Source: Gemmatimonadota bacterium
GTDB taxonomy: Bacteria > Latescibacterota > UBA2968 > UBA8231
Assembly: GCA_038153405.1 (NCBI GenBank)
Contig: JAYOYH010000008.1
Coordinates: 59,398-123,397, forward strand
DNA: 64,000 nucleotides
Direction: 5' to 3'
The first letter of the stretch is position 1, and every line of letters starts with the position of its first letter. The notes under the pieces are model-generated. The model did not search any database, had not been told where the DNA came from, and worked only from the letters and a program-made list of their open reading frames with translations. Position numbers and translations under genes: made by a program. Shown here one piece after another: positions 39,243-47,025 of the stretch.

Positions 39243-40574
39243 TTGAAATCGCATACCCGCAGCGGCTGGGGGCTCTATCCGCAAATCGAGACGCGCGTCG
39301 TTCGCGCCCACCAAGCCGTCGATCTGGCCCGTGCCCATCCGAATGCTTCTCTGCTGGCACAGGGCAGTTGCCGCTCCTATGGCGACGCCTGCCTATCCGA
39401 GCGCGTCGTGTCGACCGCGCCCCTGCATCACCTACTCGAATTTGACGCCGAGCGCGGCGCCGTGCGCTGTGAAGCGGGCATCACGCTGGATCGCCTCATC
39501 GCCTTTATCGCGCCGCGCGGCTTTTTTCTGCCGGTGACGCCGGGCACGAAATTTCCCTCCCTCGGCGGCTGCTTAGCCGCCGATGTGCACGGCAAAAACC
39601 ACCACAGCGAAGGATCGATTGCCCACTTTGTCGAAGAAATCGAACTCGTGCTGGCCGACGGCTCATTGGCGCGCTGCTCGCGGTCTGAGCGCGCCGACCT
39701 GTTCTGGGCTACCCTCGGCGGCATGGGCCTGACCGGAGCGATCTATGCGGCAACCCTGCGCCTCAAGAAAGTCGCCTCTTCTTATATGCGCACGCGCACT
39801 ATCAAAACGCGCAACTTCGAGGAACTCTGCCGGGTTTTTGAGCAAACGCAAAACCAGTATACCTATTCGGTAGCCTGGGTGGACAGCCTAGCCAGCGGCG
39901 CCCGCCTCGGACGCAGTTCGCTCATTCTCGGCGAACACGCCAGCGCCGACGAAGCTCCGCCCACAGCCCCCTTCAAGGTACACGGCAACGGCGGGCCTAG
40001 CGTGCCGCTGTTCTTTCCCAGCGGCGCGCTCAACGGGCTGACGATGCGCGCCTTTAACGCACTGGTCTACCATCGCCAACTGCGCCGCCAATGCGATGCC
40101 ATCGTCCACTACGACCCCTATTTCTATCCGCTGGACTTCGTGCGCCAGTGGAACCGCATCTACGGTCGCCGCGGATTTCTGCAGTACCAGTTCGCCGTGC
40201 CCTTTAACGGCGGACGCGCACTGATGTCGGATATTCTGACCCGCATTGCCCAGCGCGGCGTCGCCTCGTTTCTCACCGTGCTCAAGACGCTGGGCGCTGA
40301 GAGCGGAGGCCTACTCTCCTTCCCCATGCCCGGCTACACCCTAGCACTCGACATTCCGCTGCACGACCGGAGTATTATCGCCTTCTTAAATGAGTTGACC
40401 CAACTGGTCGTCGGCGCCGGCGGGCGCATTTATCTGGCCAAAGATGCCATATTGCAGCGCGCAGACTTTGAGGCCATGTATCCGCATCTAAACGAATTCA
40501 AACGCATAAAGCGCGCCTGCGATCCGCACGGCCGCTTCCGCTCACTGCAATCCGATCGATTGGGAATAACGTGA
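39243..40574 (+). CDS. FAD-binding oxidoreductase, decaprenylphosphoryl-beta-D-ribose oxidase (DprE1-like)
   Basis: GWG, RSYGD, PVTPGT, DVHGKNHH, YFYPLD..WNRIYG.RGFLQYQ, SFLTVLK, LSFPMPG, YLAKD. Confidence 0.88.
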   Translation: MKSHTRSGWGLYPQIETRVVRAHQAVDLARAHPNASLLAQGSCRSYGDACLSERVVSTAPLHHLLEFDAERGAVRCEAGITLDRLIAFIAPRGFFLPVTPGTKFPSLGGCLAADVHGKNHHSEGSIAHFVEEIELVLADGSLARCSRSERADLFWATLGGMGLTGAIYAATLRLKKVASSYMRTRTIKTRNFEELCRVFEQTQNQYTYSVAWVDSLASGARLGRSSLILGEHASADEAPPTAPFKVHGNGGPSVPLFFPSGALNGLTMRAFNALVYHRQLRRQCDAIVHYDPYFYPLDFVRQWNRIYGRRGFLQYQFAVPFNGGRALMSDILTRIAQRGVASFLTVLKTLGAESGGLLSFPMPGYTLALDIPLHDRSIIAFLNELTQLVVGAGGRIYLAKDAILQRADFEAMYPHLNEFKRIKRACDPHGRFRSLQSDRLGIT

Positions 40575-41311
40575 AAAAACGCGCACTCATTCTCGGCGCC
40601 AAATCGGCTATCGCCCGCGCCATCGCCGTGCGTCTGGCCGAAGAGGGCTACGATTTCGCCCTGGCCGCGCGCCAGGTAGAAGCCCTGCAGCCCTTTGCCG
40701 CCGATTTGGCACTCCGATGCGCGTGCCAAGTAGACCTGCTGGAATTCGACGCCTTTGATTTCACCGCACTCGAAGACCTACCACGGCGCGTCGAGCGCGC
40801 ATCCGGCCCCTTTGAACTGGTCGTGCTGGTCTTTGGCTATCTTGGGCAGCAAGCGGAAACGGCCCGCAGCACGGAGGAAATGCTCAAGGTGCTCAACGCC
40901 AACTTTACCAGCGCCGCCGTGGCATTGGGCCACCTGGCCAACTACCTAGAGCAGCGCGGGCACGGCGGTCTAATCGGCATCGGTTCGGTGGCCGGTGATC
41001 GCGGGCGCCAGAGCAATTTTTTTTACGGTGCCGCCAAGGGCGGCCTTGCCCTATTTCTGCAGGGCCTGCGCAATCGCCTCGCGCCCAAAGGCATCCACGT
41101 CCTGACCGTCAAACCCGGCTTTGTCGACACGCCAATGACCGAGGATTTGGACGGCCTCTTTCTGGTGGCCAAACCAGAATCCGTAGCCAACGACATTGTG
41201 CGCGCCTATCAGCGGCGCAGAGACGTGCTCTACACGCCGTTCTTTTGGCGCTGGATTATGTGGATCATCCGCACCATTCCCGAGCGCATCTTCAAGAAGC
41301 TAACGCTCTGA
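40571..41311 (+). CDS. SDR oxidoreductase (DprE2-like)
   Basis: LILGAKSAIA, SVAGDRGRQSNFFYGAAKGG, VKPGFVDTPMT; overlaps the DprE1-like stop. Confidence 0.88.
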   Translation: MKKRALILGAKSAIARAIAVRLAEEGYDFALAARQVEALQPFAADLALRCACQVDLLEFDAFDFTALEDLPRRVERASGPFELVVLVFGYLGQQAETARSTEEMLKVLNANFTSAAVALGHLANYLEQRGHGGLIGIGSVAGDRGRQSNFFYGAAKGGLALFLQGLRNRLAPKGIHVLTVKPGFVDTPMTEDLDGLFLVAKPESVANDIVRAYQRRRDVLYTPFFWRWIMWIIRTIPERIFKKLTL

Positions 41312-41328
41312 GCGCTGCGCCGGCGACT

Positions 41329-43503
41329 CTATACGATCTGCTGGCCCACTTCGACTTTCTCTCCCACCTCGCCGCGCAGGCGCTGCTGCAGCGTCGTAAA
41401 GCGCTCCGCGACTTCGTTGTTTTGCACGGCCATGCCCAGTGCCTGCCGGGTGCCGACGATGACGATCATTTGCTTGGCGCGCGTAATGGCCGTATAGAGC
41501 AGGTTGCGCTGCAGCATGACGTAGTGCTGCGTCGTCAGCGGCAGTATGACCACCGGAAACTCCGATCCCTGCGAGCGGTGCGTGCTAATCGCATAGGCTA
41601 GCATCAACTCGTCGAGATCGGGCACGTCGTACTCAACGCTTTCGTCAAATCGGACCCGCAGCACCTGCTTCTCACTGTCTATGTGCTCGACAAATCCCAT
41701 ATCGCCGTTAAAGACACCCTTGTCGTAGTTATTTTTGACCTGCATTACCTTGTCGCCTATGCGAAACTCGCCGCTGCCGTGGCGAAAGGCCGGCGCGCCG
41801 CCGTTGAGTTTTTCCTGCAGTCGCTGGTTGATGTTGAGGGCGCCGGTCTCTCCCCTGTACATCGGCGAGAGCACCTGTATGTCGCGCAGCGCATCGTAGC
41901 GCCCGTGGGCGGGTAAGCGCCGCGCGCACAGGTCTTCGACGACCTCGACTACCCGCGCCGGCTCGCGCTCTTCGACAAAGAAGAAGTCGCGCGTTTGCTT
42001 GTTATCGAGCAGCGGCATTTCGCCGTCGTTTATCCGGTGTGCGTTGGTAATGATATGACTGGTCGATTCTTGGCGAAAAATCTGCGTCAGGCGCACCACC
42101 GGCACTTCACCCGAGCCGATGATATCGCGCAGCACGTTGCCCGGCCCGACCGAGGGCAGTTGGTCGACGTCGCCGACGAGCACTAGGCGCGCCGCATCGG
42201 GCAGTGCGCGCAGCAGGGCGTTCATCAGCACGACGTCGATCATCGACGCCTCGTCTACGATCAACGCCTCGACGTCTAATTTGTCGTCGTAGCACTTTTT
42301 AAACTGCCCCTCGCCGGGCTGAAATTCCAACAGGCGATGGATCGTGCGCGCTTCGCGCCCCGTCGCCTCCCCTAGGCGCTTGGCCGCCCTGCCCGTGGGC
42401 GAACACAGGGCGACTTTGAGTTTGCCGAGCTCGAAATTGTGCAATATGCGTTTGGTTACCGTCGTCTTGCCGGTGCCCGGTCCACCGGTCAGCACCATCA
42501 CCTTATGCGCAAGGGACAGGTCTACCGCTTCGCGTTGGGTGGGCGCCAGTTCAAGCCCGTCGTCGCTCTCTACCTGTCTGTCTAACAGCTTGGCAGCCGA
42601 AGTGCGCAACAGCCTCCGCAGAGATGAGGCCACGCCAACTTCGGCGTGGTAGAGCGGCGGCAAGTAGTAGCGCAGATCCTCCGTTACTACGCCGTCGTCG
42701 GCGCGCAGCGCCTCCAGCGCCGGCGGAATGAGCTCGGCATTGATATCGAGAATATCTTTGGCCAACTCGATCAGCCCGGCGCGCCCGGGCTTTTGCCGCC
42801 CTCCGGGCAGGTAGACGTGTCCGTCGTCGGCCGCCTCGTTGAGCAAGTAGCGAATGCCGGCCTGCACGCGCTGCGGGGCGTCTTTTTCCAGACCCAGATT
42901 CTGCGCGATGCGGTCGGCGATGCGAAAACCGATGCCGCGAATATCGCGCTCTAAGCGATAGGGATTGCTGCGCACTACCCCAATCGAATTCTGGCCGTAC
43001 TGCTTGAAAATTTTGACCGCATAGCCGGTCGTGATACCATGCGACTGCAGAAAGACCATCACGTCTTTGACGTGGCGCTGGGCATCCCAGGCTTCGGCAA
43101 TCATATCGATGCGCTTCTTACCTAAGTTCGGCACTTCGGACAGGCGCTGGGGATCGGCATCTATAATGTCGAGCGTTTCCTCGCCAAAGTGCTCGACGAT
43201 GCGTTTGGCCGATACGGGACCAACGCCTTTAATCAGCCCTGAACCGAGATACTTTTTGATGCCCTCTAACGTCGTCGGATACACCAACCGATAATTGTCT
43301 ATCTTAAATTGGCGGCCATACTTAGCGTGATTTATCCACTGCCCTTCAACTTCTACATTCTCCCCCTCTTCAAGAGCGGCAATCGCCCCTACTACAACGA
43401 TCTTTTCCCGCTCCCCTTCGGCGACCAGGCGCGCAATCGTATAGCCATTTTCCGGATTGTGGTAGGTTATCCGGTCTATAAATCCTTTATAGGTCTCAGC
43501 CAT
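41329..43503 (-). CDS. recD2: ATP-dependent RecD2-type DNA helicase
   Basis: N-terminal OB/HhH (YLGSGLIKGVG, NPYRL), GGPGTGKT, VDEASM, GDVDQLPSVG, THRSQGSE. Confidence 0.95.
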   Translation of the reverse strand: MAETYKGFIDRITYHNPENGYTIARLVAEGEREKIVVVGAIAALEEGENVEVEGQWINHAKYGRQFKIDNYRLVYPTTLEGIKKYLGSGLIKGVGPVSAKRIVEHFGEETLDIIDADPQRLSEVPNLGKKRIDMIAEAWDAQRHVKDVMVFLQSHGITTGYAVKIFKQYGQNSIGVVRSNPYRLERDIRGIGFRIADRIAQNLGLEKDAPQRVQAGIRYLLNEAADDGHVYLPGGRQKPGRAGLIELAKDILDINAELIPPALEALRADDGVVTEDLRYYLPPLYHAEVGVASSLRRLLRTSAAKLLDRQVESDDGLELAPTQREAVDLSLAHKVMVLTGGPGTGKTTVTKRILHNFELGKLKVALCSPTGRAAKRLGEATGREARTIHRLLEFQPGEGQFKKCYDDKLDVEALIVDEASMIDVVLMNALLRALPDAARLVLVGDVDQLPSVGPGNVLRDIIGSGEVPVVRLTQIFRQESTSHIITNAHRINDGEMPLLDNKQTRDFFFVEEREPARVVEVVEDLCARRLPAHGRYDALRDIQVLSPMYRGETGALNINQRLQEKLNGGAPAFRHGSGEFRIGDKVMQVKNNYDKGVFNGDMGFVEHIDSEKQVLRVRFDESVEYDVPDLDELMLAYAISTHRSQGSEFPVVILPLTTQHYVMLQRNLLYTAITRAKQMIVIVGTRQALGMAVQNNEVAERFTTLQQRLRGEVGEKVEVGQQIV

Positions 43504-43506
43504 GGG

Positions 43507-44142
43507 CTATCCCATCCAGCGCGCATATAGCAGGCCAAAGGACAGGATACTCACACCACATCCTAAAGCCAGACCGGCAACTACCTGAAGGGGCGTATGG
43601 GCCCTCAGGTGCAGGCGCGCCCATGCCACGAGCGCCACGGCCAACAAACAGGGCCAGGCCTCCCCCAAACCGAATGCCAGCAGCAGCAAGCTCGCCGCAC
43701 CGCCAACGCCAACGCAGTGAATGCTTATTTTCCAGCGCAGATTAACCAAGAACACCAACAGAGTTGCCGCGGCAAAACTGACACCAGCGGCCAGCAGCAG
43801 TACGGGCGCAGCGGCGATGTAGAGGGCGATACCCCCCAGCATATAGCTGACGACCCCGACCAACAACAGGCCGTTGCGCTGCTGGCGCAGCCGAGGGTAG
43901 AGCGCGTCGATGCGCCCCGCCCGCACCATACATATAATACTCAAGGCCGGCAGCGCGACGTAGAACAGCAATCCAAGCAGCGCCGGCTGACGATCCTGGG
44001 GATGGAGATACCACCATCCTCCCCATACGGCAAGCGCCACTCCGGCCGGATTCAGTCCGTGCGAAATCCAGCGAGCGATGTGACATTGCATTGGGCAACT
44101 CCCCCTGGTGCTGCTATCCAATATACGATCAATAAAGCCCAT
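43507..44142 (-). CDS. PAP2-like integral membrane protein
   Basis: 'WKISIH', 'WARLHLRAHTPLQVVAG' motifs; about 6 TMs; start uncertain. Confidence 0.7.
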   Translation of the reverse strand: MGFIDRILDSSTRGSCPMQCHIARWISHGLNPAGVALAVWGGWWYLHPQDRQPALLGLLFYVALPALSIICMVRAGRIDALYPRLRQQRNGLLLVGVVSYMLGGIALYIAAAPVLLLAAGVSFAAATLLVFLVNLRWKISIHCVGVGGAASLLLLAFGLGEAWPCLLAVALVAWARLHLRAHTPLQVVAGLALGCGVSILSFGLLYARWMG

Positions 44143-44166
44143 ATACCGAGTGAGATGAGTTTTTTC

Positions 44167-44194
44167 TAAAGATTTTTCCCCACATAGTCGATAG
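44167..44194 (+). promoter_or_regulatory. Putative sigma28 (FliA/SigD) promoter of flagellin
   Basis: TAAA-N16-GTCGATAG versus consensus TAAA-N15/16-GCCGATAA. Confidence 0.65.
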
Positions 44195-44424
44195 TAATCT
44201 TAGAGATACTAAGTAATATCTTGTAATATGCTAAGAAATTAAATAGTTCTTTATTGGACTATTAACAAGCATAACTATAAAAAACAACAACTTAAAAACA
44301 TAAAGCTGAGATGACACCCCCTTAAATAAGGGAATGTCGATCTCGACAAAGGAGGTATAATCGCACAAAAAGGCCCGAATAACGGGCCAAGGAAACTAAA
44401 AAACGAACACAATTAGATATCCAT

Positions 44425-44459
44425 TTCAAGGATGAACGCATAGGAAACAAGGAGGTTTC
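44425..44459 (+). promoter_or_regulatory. Putative CsrA-binding hairpins in the flagellin leader
   Basis: TTCA-AGGA-TGAA and GAAAC-AAGGAG-GTTTC (SD in the loop) with GGA exposed in loops. Confidence 0.65.
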
Positions 44460-44461
44460 TA

Positions 44462-45622
44462 ATGCCATTACGCGTCAACAATAACATCGCGGCGATCAAC
44501 TCGCGCAGGCGGTTGAATGCCAATAACCGAGACTTAAACACTCGCTTAGAGCGCCTGTCCTCGGGTTTGCGCATCAATCGCGCCGCCGACGATGCCGCCG
44601 GCCTTTCAGTCCGCGAAGGTATGCGAGCTGAAATCTCCGGTTTGAAGATGAACGTGCTCAACGCCGAGCAGGGGTCCAACCTCTTGCAGGTGGCCGAGGG
44701 CTCGCTCAACGAGATCAATGCCATGCTGATTCGCATGCGCGAACTGGCAGTGCAGTCGGCTTCGAGCACGGTCAACGACTCCAACCGCGAGTCGATTCAG
44801 GCCGAATACTCGCAGCTGACGCAGGAAATAGACCGCATTGCGCAGTCTACGACCTATAACGACCAGGTGTTGCTAACCGGTTTCGGCAACAACGTCGATG
44901 CGGATTCATCGGCACTGACGGCGAGCAATGAAACGGGCGTTACAGCCATCAAGATCTCGGGAGCGTCTACCGGCACGTATAACTTCATCGACGGGGAAGA
45001 CGACAGCGAGATCACGCTGGGCAACGGTACCGTCACGCAGACCATCCGCGTGGCGACCCTGCTCGACGGCAACGAGGTTGCCACCGGAACGACCATCGTG
45101 GCCAATTTCGACCGCCTCGGCGTCCAGGTGACGCTGGCCGGTGCCAACGTCAGCAATGCCACGGGCAGCTATGCCGATGGCGGTTTGGACGGAAGGCAAA
45201 TCGTCGTCGATTCAAGCACGGGCGGTTCGTTTCAGGTCGGTCCGGACGACGGCATCAACAACCGCATCGAAGTCGGCATTCAGGACATGCGCGCCTCCGG
45301 CGCCATACTGAACCTGAATGCCACCTCGGTCGCCACGCTCGACGCATCGCGTGCGTCGATCACGCAGATCGACCAAGCCATTTTTAAGGTGTCGAATCAG
45401 CGCGGTGATCTGGGTGCCTTTATGAACCGACTGGCCTTCACAATCTCGTTCACCGAGAACGAAATTGAGAATATCCAGAACTCGGAGGCTTCGATCAGCG
45501 ATGCCGACGTGGCGGCGGAAGTTACGGCCTTCACGCGCTCGCAGATCCTCAGCCAAGCGGCCACCTCCATGCTGGCTCAGGCCAACGTGGTGCCGCAGAC
45601 AGCGCTGTCTCTGCTGCAGTGA
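44462..45622 (+). CDS. fliC: Flagellin
   Basis: LERLSSGLRINRAADDAAGL, RMRELAVQ, ISDADVAAE...MLAQAN..PQTALSLL. Confidence 0.97.
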   Translation: MPLRVNNNIAAINSRRRLNANNRDLNTRLERLSSGLRINRAADDAAGLSVREGMRAEISGLKMNVLNAEQGSNLLQVAEGSLNEINAMLIRMRELAVQSASSTVNDSNRESIQAEYSQLTQEIDRIAQSTTYNDQVLLTGFGNNVDADSSALTASNETGVTAIKISGASTGTYNFIDGEDDSEITLGNGTVTQTIRVATLLDGNEVATGTTIVANFDRLGVQVTLAGANVSNATGSYADGGLDGRQIVVDSSTGGSFQVGPDDGINNRIEVGIQDMRASGAILNLNATSVATLDASRASITQIDQAIFKVSNQRGDLGAFMNRLAFTISFTENEIENIQNSEASISDADVAAEVTAFTRSQILSQAATSMLAQANVVPQTALSLLQ

Positions 45623-45646
45623 TGGATTGCGCCAGACGCAAACGAG

Positions 45647-45673
45647 AGAGGGGCGGGATATTCCCGCCCCTCT
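45647..45673. terminator. Intrinsic terminator after fliC (possibly bidirectional)
   Basis: AGAGGGGCGGGA-TAT-TCCCGCCCCTCT followed by TCTATTTTTT. Confidence 0.8.
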
Positions 45674-45674
45674 T

Positions 45675-46100
45675 CTATTTTTTCACCCACTTCTTTCCGC
45701 TGGCCGCGCCGGGATCGGGTGGCCCCTCTTCCCCCTGCAGGACAAAGCCGATAAAGCGCTTTTCCCCCAGCGTCTTCAAATACTGCAGCAGCGAGACCTC
45801 GGCCTCTTTCCGGTTAAGCTGGTAGGTGTCGCTGAGCTTCTCAATCATCTCGCCTACCGAGGTGCGACCATTGCACATCTGCCAAACTTCGGTGCCGACT
45901 TCGTCGAGCGTTATCTTGCGTTTCTTGGGAATATAAAACAGCTTCGAGAGCAGGCGCACCTTCCACGTCTCCTGGCGCACAATGCTGATTTGCACCTCGC
46001 CATCGTCGGTCTTTTCCCACTCAAGCGACTCATTGCGCGTCGGTCGCGACGCCAGCATCGCTCCCCTGTTTAGCTTCGGCTTCTTCGATAAAATGCCCAT
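45675..46100 (-). CDS. PqqD-family / RRE-like protein
   Basis: 'ITLDEVGTEVWQMCNGRTSVGEMIEKLSDTYQL...AEVSLLQYLKTLGEKRFI' winged-helix PqqD pattern. Confidence 0.8.
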   Translation of the reverse strand: MGILSKKPKLNRGAMLASRPTRNESLEWEKTDDGEVQISIVRQETWKVRLLSKLFYIPKKRKITLDEVGTEVWQMCNGRTSVGEMIEKLSDTYQLNRKEAEVSLLQYLKTLGEKRFIGFVLQGEEGPPDPGAASGKKWVKK

Positions 46101-47025
46101 GTACCACGGTATCCACTAGGTCAGAGGCGCCGTCGCGTTTGCGGTAGAGATGTTCGACGATGCCTATTTTGTCTAGGTCTTGGCGATGCCACACCCGCGC
46201 ATCGAGAAAGAGGCGCGGGCGCGGGTTGACAAAGGGAAGCGGGCGCAACAGCTGCCGCCAGCGGCTGCGCGGACGCCCAACCAGGCGCAGGCCGCTGTGC
46301 TCCTCGACCAGTTCGGCCGTTATTTCGGTTTGAAAATCGCGCAGCTGCTTTTTAAAGAATGCCGGGTACCAGTTTTCCAGCGCACTCCCCTTGAGCAGAA
46401 GGCGCGCCATACTCAGGCGATGCACGCGGCACTCTTTGCGCCCGCTTTCGAAGCGCAGCTGGATATGTCCGGACTTGAGCTCGTGTCCGGCCAGAGCGTA
46501 TTCGGACGACATAAAAAAACGCAGGCCATATACGCACCACAGGTATTGTTCGGCGTCGGCCTGATCGCGCAGCGAACGAAATACGCGGTCCACCACGTCG
46601 CTCATATCTTCGCTGCGATGGGCCAACACGCGCAACAAAACGACGCGCTGAGTCGAGATAAAACGCAGGGCCAAATTGTATGCGCGAAAGTCGGCATCCC
46701 ACGTGAAAACCTCGTAGTCAAACCCGTCTAACCACTGTTTTTCCCGCAGGAAACGGGCACGGCGTTGCACCTCAAAATCAGCGCCGGCCTTGTCTGCCTT
46801 TTTTTTAAGCCCCTCTAGGTAGCGATCGACCAGTTCGCTCAGCGGCACGCTCACCTCGCGTCCCTTGAGCTTGCGCCATTCGACTTCGGCGCGGACAATC
46901 TCGGCATCGTCGAGGCGCGCATAGCCCTTTTCCGCATTGCCATCGACGCGACCCAAGTTCCAGTCGGCCGGCACGCTCAGGCGCAGTCCTTGCCAGCCGA
47001 ATTCTTCCCAACCCTCTTCGACCAT
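46030..47025 (-). CDS. Hypothetical soluble protein, two similar halves (possibly PsbP/Mog1-like)
   Basis: Halves begin FGWQGLRLSVPADWNL and WCVYGLRFFMSSEYAL; abuts the upstream gene and overlaps the downstream gene. Confidence 0.7.
   Translation of the reverse strand: MVEEGWEEFGWQGLRLSVPADWNLGRVDGNAEKGYARLDDAEIVRAEVEWRKLKGREVSVPLSELVDRYLEGLKKKADKAGADFEVQRRARFLREKQWLDGFDYEVFTWDADFRAYNLALRFISTQRVVLLRVLAHRSEDMSDVVDRVFRSLRDQADAEQYLWCVYGLRFFMSSEYALAGHELKSGHIQLRFESGRKECRVHRLSMARLLLKGSALENWYPAFFKKQLRDFQTEITAELVEEHSGLRLVGRPRSRWRQLLRPLPFVNPRPRLFLDARVWHRQDLDKIGIVEHLYRKRDGASDLVDTVVHGHFIEEAEAKQGSDAGVATDAQ

Noticed and set aside
44195..44461. c-di-GMP riboswitch or small ORF in the flagellin leader
   Set aside because: No GEMM-like two-hairpin consensus or credible ORF seen; a covariance-model scan would be needed to exclude fully
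45675..47025. PQQ or RiPP biosynthetic cluster
   Set aside because: No pqqA/B/C/E, radical SAM-SPASM, YcaO or precursor peptide nearby
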